The notes: generated by a model from the sequence alone, not told the origin. DNA of 63,554 nt, filler included, from Gonapodya sp. JEL0774 (GCA_027604505.1; 10 parts of 10 records of this genome joined end to end with filler, not necessarily neighbours in it), one strand, 5' to 3'; shown: positions 23,768-38,030, counted from the whole stretch's first letter. Translations and numbers: made by a program.

Positions 23768-25486
23768 ATGAGCGACGACGTTACACCAACACCCCACCAC
23801 ATATTCCAATGCCACGTCTGTGGGAAAATACTCACCAGGAACGGACACCTCATACGGTTCGCTCGCTCCTCGCTCCCTTGCTGAAGAGGATCGTGAAACC
23901 CTCCTGACACCGCTACTCAATTGAACCCCTCAGGCATCTTCGCGTCCATCAAGGTGCTCGACCGTACGTGTGCGATGCTTGTGGGACTGGGTTTGGGAGG
24001 AGAGGTGGGTTTGGCAGAGGGGTGATTCCAGAAGGGAGAAGCGCTGGTATTGGACACCATGAGTCACGGGTTCAACACCGTTGAAGACACACGCAAATAG
24101 AAACACCGAGACTCGCAGAATTCCCTCCATCAGTGTCCGCTCACACATACGTCTTTGAAGTTTCTCACTCCTTCCCCATTCCGTCCGTTAATTGTAAATT
24201 CACTTCCCAACCGATCATCTTCCCAACCGATCATCTGGCCCCCTCCAAGACAACTTCATCCGCCACCTGCGATCTCTCCACCACATTACCGTACCCGTCC
24301 GACCACACATCAGACGAACGTATCCGATCGACAGCCATGAACGGGAAAGTGGAACAGGCGAAGGTGTGCGAGAGAATGACGGCGCGGAGCAGGATACCAC
24401 GGCATCCCAGGAGAACATGGACACGTCACCGACAACAACCCGGATTTCTCCCTCTTTTGTTTTGGAACTGGACAAGCATAACCCGACAGCACATCCCGGG
24501 CCCAATAGAAACACTTCTCTCAACGATCATACCATGCAGATCGGCTCCCATCATGCGACACAGTCTCCCCCAGCTCATTATAACTCGGAGGCTCTGAAAT
24601 CTGTACCAAATTTGATCTTAGGAGACCAAGCCTATGGTACCGGCTCGTTAGCATCCCCGGTGACTTTTCTTGCAGTACCGTCCACGGACTCGAACCCGCC
24701 ACCACCTCCAGAAACCTGGATACATCCCCAAAACCAACCTCTCGCTCATGTTTTGCCACGCACAGCTCCGCCGGAGGCATTCTTCCGAGACCCACGAGAT
24801 TGTTCTACCGCGGCCGCGTGCGACACGGCTCTACGCGTCACACCGCCTGGTGATGGAAGTGGACGGGACGGAGACTTGGCGTGGACGTGGCACGGTGAGT
24901 TGATCTACCCTCTGTTTGTTTGATGTGTGTTGTTTGGTTCAATTTGCCGATCCACACGCCTCCTTACCCCACACTTACCGTACCCTTCATGAACCGCTCT
25001 GAACCTAACCACGTCTCAAAGCCTTTCCCATATCTTCAGGCCCCTCACAAATTTCCAATCACACGCCAGGTGTTCCCCTCGCACCATATGGTACAGACAC
25101 CATGGCGGGACTGGCCTCCTCATTTCTCCCACCTCCTTCCTCTGACCGGGAACCGCCGCCCGTGTCGTGGATACCTCCGCGCACCAACGCATTCTTCCCC
25201 GTGCTGCCATTCACTGTTCCGCACAGTACCTCTTTCCGAGGATCGCAACGTACCTCCACCTCCGCGGCCAACCACGCGATACTTCCAGTGGACCCACCAG
25301 TCGGCAAAACCGGACGGGTTATGGAGCCGGCGCGTACGGAGCACGGTGAGTCATGTTTTGTGAACATCAGTGGGTCGCTATATGGCACAAGCGATCACTT
25401 GGTGGTCCACTCACTCCTTCACCCGTCCCTTTGCCCCACCTCTACCACGGTACAAAGAGCAAACTGCGGCGACCAGCAAACAGCCA
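23768..25486 (+). CDS. C2H2 zinc-finger transcription factor, multi-exon, truncated
   Basis: FQCHVCGKILTRNGHLIR/HLRVHQGARPYVCDACGTGFGRE. Confidence 0.75.
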
Positions 25487-26498
25487 NNNNNNNNNNNNNN
25501 NNNNNNNNNNNNNNNNNNNNNNNNNNNNNNTTAATTAATTAANNNNNNNNNNNNNNNNNNNNNNNNNNNNNNNNNNNNNNNNNNNNGTACACTCACTACA
25601 AACCATTCGCACACGTCTGATACCAAGTATCTTGCGGGCTGAATGCAATTTTTGTCACCAAGATAACTGAGAGAGTCTGTACAATAACTCTCTCACTAAT
25701 TTTGCGATCCTTGATTCGGACAGGGTTTCAATGTGGCTACCTGCCGGAACCAAGAGACGCCCGACATACGAACAGACAAAGAGAGAAAACATTTTGCTAG
25801 AAGGAGCTGTGTACACTCCCTGTATGTACATGAGGCGAACAGGCATGAAGAATTATCAAATTTTCCCCGGTTGCTCGTTTTTCCAGGCCTAGCCGCCGCC
25901 TCGACTGATTGCTACCACCCAACAGTCCGGCCGGTTGTTCATATTCTATCACAAGCCAACAACGATTTTCGCGGGCTCTAGCAAAACTTATCGCAAGATT
26001 GGCAATGGAGGAGCGTGTGATTTGGAACCAGCGGAAATAGACAGAAAGGTGAGATTAGAGGCTGCTTTAGGAGGGAAGGCGCAGGTCCCCGATGCATTTT
26101 GCCAGAATGGACGAACGAGGGAACAATTTTCGCCTTCAATGCTGATTCAGACGTAGACTCATTGAGGAGGAATCATCCGTTGTGGTGTCACATGATATAT
26201 GTGTCCAATTGGTGTATCCCAACTTGTTGCTGGGCAAGTAGGACACAGATCATGTTTGCAAGGTAGCTCGACCAGAGCATTGACGGATTTCAATCTAGTT
26301 CTACGGGATTGATGTTTGTTGGGGCAATCAGCAAGGATGTCTATATAATAGCAAGGGAATCAATGACCATTGCTGACTCCGTTCGACTGCCAATCAGACC
26401 TCCTCATTTTCTTGTCATCCTCCATTCTCATCGTCTTCCTACTATCTAACCTCATCTTATCTTCCTCCTTGTTTCACCACCAAGCGACGACATTGACG

Positions 26499-29400
26499 AT
26501 GCTCCCAGTTGACACTCCCGCGCGCCCACCTGTCGCGAAGCCATCTGCGTTTGTAATAGACCCCAAATTTGTGAAAAAGGCCTCTGTACCTGGAATATTC
26601 ATCGAGAAGCAATCATCCGGCCCTGTCGTCACCCCTCCCCGCACCGCATCTTCTAACCCCCCATCCGCAAAAGACACAGCGTCTACATCATCGACGCCGC
26701 AGTCTTTTGATGACTCGTATCCCCCTCGCTTCTCCAGTCTCAAGGGCTCGCCCCATGGAGGCCCTCCGGACCCTCGTGCTGCAGCGAACTCGCTCAACAT
26801 GAACGAAATTCTTGGACTTTTCACTCCTGTTGGAGGCGCGGGCCCAGCTGCTTCTGCAGGTGGAATGGGAGCCGGCGGGGGTTGGGGAGGAGACAGTGGT
26901 GGGGGGGGAGGGAAAGCATGGCCCCCACCTCGGGACCCCGACGCATATCCTTTCCCCAATCTTGCTTCCGCCCTCTCTCAAGCTCCGACCTCCTCATCTT
27001 CCTATTCGTCATTTTCTTCCTCTACCACTGCTGTCGGATCCTCAGTTTCACATGCTCGGACTCCTGGTGCTACCTCTGGTGGCACTACGATAGGCTCTCT
27101 CCCGAGGTCCGATCGATCCGGAAGCGTAGCAGGATCCCTGCCGAGATCGGAACGGTCGGCGCAATCGGTGACCCTGGGCTACGCGGATCGGGATGTGTCC
27201 TCTCGGGAGCTCTCATCTCGCGACACATCTTACTCAAACACCACAACTTCTCGCAATCCCCTCGACCGCTCCAACCTCGCTGCTCTTGAACGTGGTACCG
27301 CTGTAGCAGCTGGGCCTGGACAAGGTCCCGGACAGCAAGGATCCATATCGAGGACGAGGTCGTCCCCGGACATTGATGGAAATTCCGGAAGCGCGTGGGA
27401 GAGGGTGGAATCTGCCGCACCTGGTGGAGGTTCAATTGGATCTGGAAGAACTTACGGGTTTTCTGAGTACGCAGGAAACGGTTCCTCGAGCAGTGCCAGC
27501 GCTAACCCGGGCGGATACTCCAACAGCGGCGGAATGGGCTACTCCTCTGCCACCAGTGGTAGTGCTGGAGGCGCTGGGGGTTACTCTGGGGATTCCTACT
27601 TCCCTTCAGCCTCTGGGCCCGCACCTACCTCAACCCGTTCTGGGCACCTGGGGACTGCCCGATCGGACAGATCAGAACGGAGTGATCCTCAGGTTGGCGG
27701 TAGCCTCCGCTTGAGTGAAAGAGAAATGACGCGCTCGAGCTCAGGGCCGATCGGACTGGGCCACTCTCGCACGCCCTCGTCAGGAAAAGCCGCGTTCCCC
27801 ATCCCTACTTCCACCACCACCACCTCTGGGACAATCGGTAAATCCTATTCTTCCCCATCTAATATTCAACCCCCCGTATCGAAATCGCCCCTTGTTGCCC
27901 CCCAACGCATTCATCGTCGGAACGAATCGCTGTCTAATCTAGACACTGCTCCGGGGGCGGCGTCATCGACCTTGGCCATCCATCCACCCCTGGCAAGAGG
28001 TTCGCCAACTGTGGCACCAGCCGAGCTGCCTCCTCAGACACCCGCCGTCACACCTTCCGCCCAGCAGCCCAGTTTGAACACTCTGATGAAGATCTTTGAC
28101 CGAGGTACCGCACGGTCAGCAGAATCTGGCGGAGCTCCGCTGCCAACTACGTCAACTCGCCCACAACGGAGCCGCGGCAATCCAGGTTCCATTTCTACTG
28201 ATGCTTTTACCCGTTCCACTGCTCCAGGGTCGGCGTCCGCGCCGGCTTCCGCGTACCCGCCTGCATCACCTACTGAGGGTGGTCCTCCGCGAGTGGATTT
28301 GGATTTGTCGGACACTGATCTCAGTAAATCCTTTGGTGGAATGGGGAGGCGTGGAAGCGCAGAGTCTATGCGTGATGATGGACAGGATGTTGAGAGGCAG
28401 GTGGTCAAGAAGGCCGCGAGTTCAGCTGGCTTGAGGCAGCAGCAGAGTAGAGTCGGTGGGCGGAGGCGAGGGGCAACAGAAGACGGAGCCATGAGTGGGG
28501 GAGAGGATGACGGACAGGCAGGGACATCGTCCAGAATGAGAGCGCAGAGTGGGTCAGATGGAGGAGCTCGATGGGCATCCGCAGGAGGTAGCAGTTGGGA
28601 AGAGGCATCGTACCGAGGACCTGCGGGCGGTCCTAATGGTGGATGGACGTACGATGATTCGTGGGGCGGTTCTGCAGCTTACTCGGAGCAACAGGGAGGA
28701 AGGTACTCCGCTTCCCAACAGGTGACTCGAGGTGCGTCCCCTCCACCAATAGACCCAAGTAATGGTGGTGGGTTGGTGAATCGAGAACCGTCAGATGACT
28801 GGTGGGGTGGATCACGAATGGGCACCATTCCCCGCAACGCCGGCACGACACGTAGTCAGCGATCTACAGAAACCTCTGGCACCGCTGAGACATTGTTGTC
28901 CTCTGCGTCGTCGCACACTGTCACACGCACTCCAACAGCTTCTTCCATGATGTCTGCAGGCTCTTCGGGCACCGCCAGACGACGTGTTACTGGGGGCGCT
29001 GGGAAGATACCCCAACGACCACGCGGTGTAGATGTTTCCCGTCTCCCCGACATTCCTTATGTGTTGAGGGAATGCGTCGGTCTTATCGAGGAAATTGGCA
29101 TGGATCAGGCAGGATTGTACAGGATTGCGGGATCCGTCGGGACAGCCAACATGTTAAGGAGCTTGTTCGAAGAGTTAGGGGAAGGCGTGAAACTGCGCCC
29201 GCCACCAAAAGGACACAACGATGAGCGGGGCCACGCAGCTTCTGGAAACGGAGTAAGCATAATGGACCGGCTACGGCGAGGAGGGCGGCCCAAAACTGCA
29301 CCAGCTCCAACGTCGGCTGCGCGCGCAGTAGCCGTCGCAACAGCGATGCAGAGTGGAACTATGCCCAGTGATCCGGAGGAGTATGCGAGGATGTTGTATG

Positions 29401-31094
29401 ATGCGGACATTCATGTGGTGGCGGGTGTGGTCAAGAGGGTAGTGACTGAAGGCTTACCACTGCCGGGGAGGGGACCCAAAGAGCCAGTCACTACATTTGC
29501 TTTGTACGAGAAGTTTTTGGAGCTGGCAGGTGAGTTTGGTGGATTTTGTGTCTCCTGGCACTTTTTCGTTGTGCTGAAGCTTGTCCTCGCTCTGTTGAAA
29601 CAAACCGGAATACTGCGCAACAGAGGAACGTGACTACCGTCAGAAAATGATAGGCCTTCAAGATCTTGTTCACTCTCTCCCTCCCCTTAACTTTGCCGTC
29701 CTGCGGTTCATTTGTGAACACCTCAAGCGCGTTTCCGAAATGTCTTCACGTAACCTCATGTCAGCATCTAACCTTGCTATTGTGTTCGGACCCGGGCTTT
29801 TGCAGTCCAGGACAGATTCTCAGGTTGGGACCAGGAGCGGATCGAACACGCCGAGGGGCATGCCACAAGGTTTTGAGTTTGCCAGCATGATAAGGGACAC
29901 ACCTCGCAAAGGAGCGGTAGTAGAATCCCTCATTGAGTATGCTGAATGGGTGTTCGGACCCATAGAATTTGAAGAGGACGAGGACGGGGCATCGCTCATG
30001 GACATGGAGGACCCCACAATGACCATGGCCAACTTCGCGGCTCAGATTGTACCTGTACCCACGGCTTCTGGGACCTCTGGAAGGGGTCAGCGTAGCCAGT
30101 CTCGGCCAAGGTCGCACAGCAGGTCGAGGAGGTCCGACAGGTCGACCTCTGCTTCCGAAGGAGGCTGGGTCGTGGACGGAGAAAGCTCGGGCAGAGGTTC
30201 TGTCGATCAAGAGTATGTCGAAGAAGTGCCGAGAGTGCGAGAAATACGTGAGGGCTTATCGGAATCGTTTGGAGGGTCCCCAAGGAGGGGTGGAGATTCT
30301 GAAGAAGAGTTCGAAGTCGACGCGGACTTGGATTTAGTGGAGGTGGGCAGTGGCAAGGCATCCAGCAGGGATTCACCAGCGAGGAGCAGTGGGAGATCAG
30401 GGGCGAGGAGCAGAGTCACAGACAGAGACAGGGACAAGTGAGCATACCTGCGTGGATGGTGGATTCTCAAATGTTTTTCTCATCCTCGTTTTATGGTGGA
30501 ACATTTGAAGCGCAAATCCTCCACCCATGCGCCCAGTCGGCAGTGCATATCCCCCTGCCCCTCGAATCCGGCCCATCGCGCAACGCTCATATTCCGGTAA
30601 CATCACCACCGGGGACACGGACTCACCACATGGTGTGGCGGACTCGCTGCAACGCCTCAGCGCCACGCTTGAGTCAGGCATCGACTCATCTTCCCAACCT
30701 CCTTCCGGACCCCGCCCAAGGCAACTCTCAGCGAGCAAGCAACGGCCCAAGAGCCTCGCGGCCGAAGATGAGGCGAATGCGGTGTCGCCGAGGGGGAGCT
30801 TAGTGCTGGATGAGTCAGCTGACGCGATCAGAAGGCCCGCGAGTGCGGCCAGTATGAACTCATCCATGTCCAAGCGGCCTCGGTCAATGGTGGAAGTGGG
30901 GGGATGGAGGGGTTCGGGAGTACAGTGAGCGAAGCTCCTCGAGAGATCCTATTGACGCTTCTTCTTGAAACGAATGGGAGTATTTCCGGATGATTGATTG
31001 TGAATAATGTTTCGTGCAGGATTTCATGGACGGTTCTGAGGTGTATGTAAGCGGTGAACCAACCCCACGGGTCCATGGTGTAGATTTGGAGTGA
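26499..31094 (+). CDS. RhoGAP domain protein with long disordered N-terminus, about 4 exons
   Basis: IPYVLRECV..GLYRIAGS..DIHVVAGVVK..EPV..; LPPLNFAVLRFICEHLKRV..NLMSASNLAIVFGPGLL. Introns at about 29530, 30438-30510 and 30896-31019. Confidence 0.9.
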
Positions 31095-31963
31095 GTCGTT
31101 TCCCGAACTTAACCCAGTGGTGTGAGAATTGTTTTGTTTGCACTATTGGACAATTGCGACTTTGACGGTGATGTTGGTTAGTGGATTGGTGCTCTCTAAA
31201 GAAAGTTACTCATGTAGTGTGTAGGCACCACACCAGGACAGTAGATCATTGTAGTTTTGATGCCATCGTGTAAGAAAATTTGAAGCTCACTGACTCTGGC
31301 TCATCCCAAGTGTAACGTTAAAACCATAAACTGAATGTGCATCACCAAAAACGCGTTAATTCGTCTGAAGATTGTTGTACGGTCATTGTACCTCCCTTGT
31401 TTAGCTTAGAGCGTCATCCGCTGAGTTCTTGCGGTATCCGATTTCGGAAGTACCGAATAGATAGTAAAAGGATCAGGGCCTTTGCGAATCCCGCACCGGG
31501 CACCCAGTTACCCATTTCCTGTTGTACAGCTTTAAGTTTTGATTCGTTTTACGGTGCTGATGCTAAACATGGCCACAATCTTGAGGTGCTTTCATCACGT
31601 GATGGTCAGCGTAGTCTGCAGATTGTGCAAGGACCTACCCAGGCTGCAACCTCTCTCTTTGCGTTGAGCATACTCGCGAGGAGGAAAATGAATCAAATAC
31701 ACCTCATAATCGATTCATGGGGTGTTGCAATTCGTTTCGAGCCATTGGGGAAGGATGTTGGTGGGGCTGCACATATGAGAAGGAGGAGGGGTGGGAAAAG
31801 TCTGCAGGGAAACAAGACAGGTCGAATTGGTCGGAATTGGCTGTGGAGTGAGCAATAGCATTANNNNNNNNNNNNNNNNNNNNNNNNNNNNNNNNNNNNN
31901 NNNNNNNTTAATTAATTAANNNNNNNNNNNNNNNNNNNNNNNNNNNNNNNNNNNNNNNNNNNN

Positions 31964-33596
31964 GGCCGTCCCACTCTCACCGACACCGCGACACACCCGT
32001 GGCGTCGGGCGTGGTCCCGCGCGTGGGGGGTGCGGGACAGGCGGAGGAGTGCCAGCTCTTCGGCGTGGTGGGAGTAGCCAGAGGGGTCCCGCGTGGGTGG
32101 GCCCACGTGGGAGGGGCGGAGGGAGTCGTTGAAGGATTCGGAGAGGACGCGGTTGTCGCGGAGGGAGAGGAGGAGGCAGAGGTGGAAGTGGGAAGGGTGG
32201 AAGGGCGGGGAGGGGGGGGTGGGGGGCGGGAGGGGGACGGAACGGGGGGAGGTGGAGCGGGTGGAGCGGGCGGGGGGGGGGGGGGGGGGCGGCGCCGGGG
32301 GGCGGGGCGCGGCCAGGGGGGGGGTTGGAGGGGGTGGAGGGGGTGGTTGGGTGGGGAGTCCGGTGGGTCAGGTGGGGTTGGGCGGGTTTGGACGGACGAG
32401 TGTGGGAGACGGTGGTGCTCGGAAGACGCTTTTGTGGACGTGTCGTAGTACCGGCATCCGAGGTACCACCACCACCCTTGGTCTGCTGTGGTGTCCGGAC
32501 GGCACGACCGTGGTGCTGCACCACCGTACTATCCCCATCCCCGGCACCCTTATAAGGACAGATGCGCCCTCCTGGGTACCCTCCTTGCTTCTGCTCCTCG
32601 CCGCTGTCCCGCTGCTGCTGTTGCTGCTGCTGCTCCTCGCGCTCGTGGTAGTGGATGTGGTGGTGGTGGTCGTGATGGTCGTGGTGGAGGTGGTGAGGGT
32701 CGACCTGACCCTGTGGCCCATAGAACCCACCACACGGGCGTGGGAGCGATCAGCGCGGTGGTGGAGGTGGACGTGGAGGGGGACGTGGAGGTGGAGGTGG
32801 AGGTGGCCGGGGCCGCAGACGACGTGCCCGAGGGAGTGGGGGTTGCCGGAGCCGTGGCCGGTGTGTAGAAAGGTCTCCCGCTGGGGTCTCGCCTACAGAG
32901 CGCGAACCGAGACGCCACACGGGACAAGAGTTGGGTGATGTAGGCGTTGGGGAGACCCAGGGATGCGAGGAAGGTGGGGAGGGAGGTGAGGTCCGGGGCG
33001 AGGTGAGCATTTTTGGACGAGCTGGAGCTCGAACTCGGCGGCGGCGGCGGCGGCGGAAGCAGCGGCGGGGAGCGGGGGAAGGAGGGGGATGTGGGGGTGG
33101 AGGATGTGGACGAGGAGTCTTTGGTGGAGTCGGAGGAGGTCGAGGGAAAGGTGGTGGTGGTGGTGTCCAACACAGACAAGGACACGGACAGGACGTCGTC
33201 GTCGGAGTCAGAGTCGGGGTCGGAACCGGAGTCCCCCGACACGAACACGGACACGGACGCGGGGTCGTCGAGGTCCTTGAGGGCTTGAGTTTCCAGGGCG
33301 TGGAGCCATGTCTTGCCCTTGGTGTCGCGATGTTCCTCTGGTCCTTGGAGTTTGGTGTGGACAACCTCATATTGAACTTGTTCTTGCCCCGCACTTTTGA
33401 CGGCAGCGTCGGCACCGTCCACGCACTGGGACACCTTGTGACCGTCGGTGACGGCGATATCACCAAGACCGCACTGGGGTTTGATTTGTTGCGATTCCAT
33501 CAGGATTTTGACTTTGTGATTGAGATTGACAGTTTGGGATTCTTTGATGGAGATGGCGACTTTGACGGACTCGAGAGTGGCAGCGGAGACAGACAT
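31964..33596 (-). CDS. Low-complexity protein with C-terminal cytidine/dCMP deaminase-like domain (truncated by contig end)
   Basis: SHFHLCLLLSLRDNRVLSESFND..YSHHAEELALLRL..GCVAVSVRVGR, with the HAE motif at 32059-32067. Joining to the upstream exons is uncertain. Confidence 0.55.
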
Positions 33597-34618
33597 GGGG
33601 GCAGAGAGTGAGTGTGGTGTGTGAGTGTGTGTGGCTTCGTGGAGTGCGTGTTGAGTGCAGAGTGCGTGCGGCGAGTACGGCGAGTGCTGGAGATGCAGAG
33701 TGGAGTGCGGGAGAAGAAAGCATCCACAAGATATCATGGCAATGCGGCCGTGCACTCGTCCGGATCACATGTCACATATCTAGATTCCTTCGAATCCCAG
33801 AATTGTGTAAATAATGAGCGGCAGAATCATGACGAAAGAATGGCGCAACAACTTCTGAAGCCACTTGCCCAAGATTCTAGTCATTAGTCATGAACGTGAA
33901 GAAGCACGCTCACCGGCCTCGACGTCGATTGCCGAGTACTGAGATGACTGAAGAGCTATTAATCCACAATCAATAACGTGGATGCGAATGGAAGCATGCA
34001 AGCAGATATAGATGGAGATTAGTTCTCTCTGCGGAGCTTGTGAAGTCGCTCGATATGATTATTATACACACCAGCAGGGTCCACCTGAAACTACGAATTC
34101 GTGTGCCTTAGAGTAGACGCGTACTTGCAATACCCATTGATTTTTACAACCAAATCTTGCTCCGTTTTGTCGTCCATTTGGATGAGTATCGGCCCGGACT
34201 GATATCGCATCGTCAAGTACTTGCTAATAAACACCGTGCTCGTGCTCGTCACCAGTAGCAGTTCATCTCACACAAACTTTGTCCCGAAACAATTCATTCG
34301 GGCAGTCGATAGATGAGACATCTCGGAGGCAAAGTGACGTCACAAAAGCATCAAACGCTGGATGAGATCTGACGCCCCTGAAATGTCCACAAGGATCGTG
34401 CCTCCGCTCCAACCAGGGAAACATGTCAAATCAGTTGGATTCCCAATCGAGTTGTCATCAAACGCCTTTTTGTCTCCCACAGTCAACAGTGCGGGCTGTT
34501 CCACATGTGGTCACCACATGACGTCACTCCAGTCGCCCACTCTCTCTTCATCCGCCAAGGTTCCCCCACTTCCCCCACCACTCCACTCTCTGAATCCCGC
34601 TCAATTTACATTCCTCCA

Positions 34619-36414
34619 ATGATCTTTTCTGTACTCGGCGATCTCTCTGTACTGGCCTTCTACGCTCTCGCATTCGCGTGAGTAGCTTGTGTTATTCCGC
34701 ACACTAAGAGTGTGGGTGGGTGACCGGCTGGGCAGGGACAGCCGCCACCCTCATTGCCCGCCTCCCATTACACACAAATCGCCCGAATCGCAACTCACAA
34801 AAACCCAAACTACATCCAAACTACGTCCAAATACATCCAATTACATACATGCATGCATGCATCAATGACCCCTTTCCCAGCCTCCGCCTCTCCATTCTCC
34901 GACACCCCCTCCACCGCCTCATCGTCATACTCTTCTCCTTCAATCTCGCCGCAACCTGGTTCTTTTGGGCACATTATTCGGTCCAACCGGGGACTCCAAT
35001 GTGCAGGTATGTTCCGATCATGTACAACTACTGGTACTCCCGTGAAGCACTGCACTGCACCCAAACGTAACGCAAAACGCCCCTCGCACCACATTCTCCA
35101 TTTTTCTCTTTCTTCGGCTCTAAACCACTGTGCAATTTTCATCTTGCACCTTTTGATCCGTCCCACTTCCCAGCGCCACCGTCTTCGCCGTCATCGCATT
35201 CTACGCCGGAGACTACAGCTCCACCATCGCCATCGGCGCCCTCCTCTTTCACTCCTTGGTCCTCAACCGCCGCCACATGTCCACAGCGTGGCAGACCGCA
35301 GTCACGGCGTACCCGGTGCTGGCCGCAGTGGTGTTTGGATCCATCACTCTGGGCGGGTACGTACGTTCGACATGTGCAATGAGTGTTGCGCGCCGTGCCG
35401 TGTGGTGACGTCACGATAAAACCTTGTTGTTCACACGGACGCACGCTGCCTCACGTCTCCACTTCCCGCTCACACCGCGAAACGCAAAACCCTACCCTTC
35501 CAGCGACACCTCCACCTCCCCCCGCGCCATCTGCTGGCTCTCCAACCCCACCAGCCCCCGCGGCCTTTCCGTCATGGCCGGCCTCGCGCTGGCACTGCTC
35601 CTGGACCTGGCCCTCGCCTCGTCCATCGTGGCCACCCTCGCCAGACAGACCACGGTGCCCGTGCCAGAGTCTATGAGAGTCCCCGAGGCGGGGGTGTTGG
35701 GAGGGGTCAGACCCACGGTGGAGGGGGACGCGGAGGTGTTGGGGAGGAGGTTGGTCATGGTACGTTGGGTAGCTTGGGGGGGGTGGGGGGGTGGGGGGAG
35801 TGGGCTGGGCAAGAGGGCGGGTCGTCGTGATGGGTTGCTCTTTGCCGAGATGAAAGGCTAGTCCGACTCACAAGTCTACCATCTCATCCCCGTACCCGTA
35901 CCTATCTCGATTCCCCGTACCAATATACGTCACACCGTCACACCTACCAGTACCCCGTGGTCATGTTCGTCTGCGGTGGATCTGCGCTCATCGCGTCCAC
36001 CATCGAGGACGGAAACACATATGGGTCGGTCGTGGCGGGTGAGTCGTGCATACTTTGTCCGCCGTGCACGCTCGAAAGAACGAGAATCAATTCTCCACCC
36101 CCGCGACCTTTAATTTCCAACACGTCGCACCTTGTGCAGAAGTCATCCTCACGCTCAGCGGCTTCTTCAACACCCTCGTCTTTTTTCTCACCGACCCTGC
36201 CGCCAAGAAACTCGCCGCGGCCATCTTGGAGGCCGTCGAGGGAGTCGAACAAGTGGAGACTTCGGCGGGACCGGGCCTGGGCATCCAAGGCGGGGAGCAA
36301 GAGAGTGGCCACGGATGGGTCGAGAGGAAGAGGACGAGGGGACGGTCGGTCACGGTCGGGATCGGGATCGCCGGGAGGTTGAAGGGGGTGTTGAGGAGGG
36401 TGTTTGTGGGATGA
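34619..36414 (+). CDS. 7TM GPCR-like protein (cAMP-receptor-like/Git3-like), multi-exon
   Basis: Hydrophobic exons: FSVLGDLSVLAFY, LRHPLHRLIVILFSFNL, AICWLSNP, RRLVM/YPVVMFVC, LSGFFNTLVFF. Start uncertain. Confidence 0.65.
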
Positions 36415-36629
36415 CTCCACGGTGAGGATTGAGGAACGACGGGATCACGGAGTAATTGGCTGATGAGTTTGCAAGGTTGAGTATTTTATGTGCTTATATA
36501 CTAATTGTGTGAGATAATGTTGTACCGAGATCGGTTTGTTTATGTATGCTCTTCTCAATTCCACCAATGTTGAAGCAAACGATGATCGAGCTATTCTCTT
36601 GTCCAAATTGATTGCGACCAAATATCAGC

Positions 36630-38030
36630 AAAATGCTACTATTTCGAATTCTGACGCATGTGACACGTCAGATCGATCATCAAGAACTACGTGCACACTT
36701 GCCGTTGAACATCGCCTGGCCTGGAACATCTCGACTCACGTGCGTGACAGCCAGGTCATGCAACATTTCCGACAACGTCCTTCCAGACCATTACCCCAGC
36801 ATCGTTTACACAGCGTTGATCTGCATTGTGTGCACTCCTTGGGCACCTCGGAACCAGGACACATTGCGAGCTTCACATCCACGTTCCGTCCATCGTGGCA
36901 ACCTTTTTTTGCACCAGCCACATATAGCTTGGCACTCCGCAAGGTTCTTACAGTTGTCAACATGGCTGAGGTGATACTGGCACGGGGGACCCTCTCCACA
37001 TATGGGACAGTCTTGATTTGACCTTGATTTGTCGTTGCGCTCTGAGCAAACGAGGTGACGACAGACATCGATCTCCGCGCACAGTAGTCATTGGCTCGAA
37101 GGATCGGTTTTGCAAGATGGACATCTCCGACTATACTTGTTACACACTCCACAGGTCTCGTGGATGAGTGGAGTCGAGCCAACGTCTGTGGGTTCCCCGC
37201 CAACTTCCACACCGCACTGGTAGCAGGTGCCACGCTGAGATAAGCAGTCGGCGCAAAATTCCTTCCCTAAAGGACCGTAGGACCCTCCCTGAAGTACATT
37301 GTGCTCATCGTCAGCAACGGCCAAACTTCTTTGACACCCGCTGCACACATGTGGCCGCATTCGCTTTAGACCTGGGAGGTAATAATCCGCCAACCGTCGG
37401 AAGTGTGAGAGAGAGTCGTAGAAAGCGGTGTAGTTGTTTTCATGCAGGTAGAACTCCCAAGTTCCGCGCATGTCTACGAATTGTATGTTCTGTCCACGAG
37501 GTGCAGTGGTTCCAGTATCCCCGTATCGTTCAGAAACATTTTGTGTCCGGAGAAACCCCATAAACCCCCAAATCACATCTTTTCCATCTTTTCGCATTGA
37601 AAGTGAACGAAGATTTCGCGTTAGGTCAAGAAGAAGCGATATTCGGTGGGAATCATGAACGCCGTCAAGAACAAGCTCCCGCAGATCCGTTGTGACGTGA
37701 GAGCGAGCGACAGCCTCCAGTCGATTAGTTCCAGTGTCCGACGTGTTGCTGACAGATGTTATGAGAGATGGTGCGATCCAGGTCGCAATGCGGTCGAGCA
37801 GTTGTGGTATCGAAATGGACAAAGGCTGATCTTCCACAAACTCGCATGGAAGATCAGAAAGGTCAAGACGGTGCCACACATCAGGTATGGAGAGGATGAA
37901 TCGCAGCACTGAGCATGATGAGGAAAGGCGGTGATGGCGCGAAGTGGAAGAAACGAAAGATCGTACGAATGAGTTCGAGTGGGAGATCAGTGAGGGTGGA
38001 CGGAGTGGACCGAGACTTTGCAAGAGCCAT
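36630..38030 (-). pseudogene. F-box protein with Cys-rich C-terminus, pseudogene
   Basis: LTDLPLELIRTIFRF, then a frameshift to ..RLSSSCSVLRFIL..VWHRLDLS. CxxC-rich sequence continues past an in-frame TGA (37088-37090) and a probable second shift at the T run near 36905. Confidence 0.7.

Noticed and set aside
26474..30873. Numerous minus-strand ORFs inside the RhoGAP gene
   Set aside because: Antisense frames of a GC-rich coding region with no independent motifs.
31999..33611. Long Gly-rich plus-strand ORFs
   Set aside because: They are antisense shadows of a C-rich low-complexity minus-strand gene, with homopolymer runs of doubtful accuracy.
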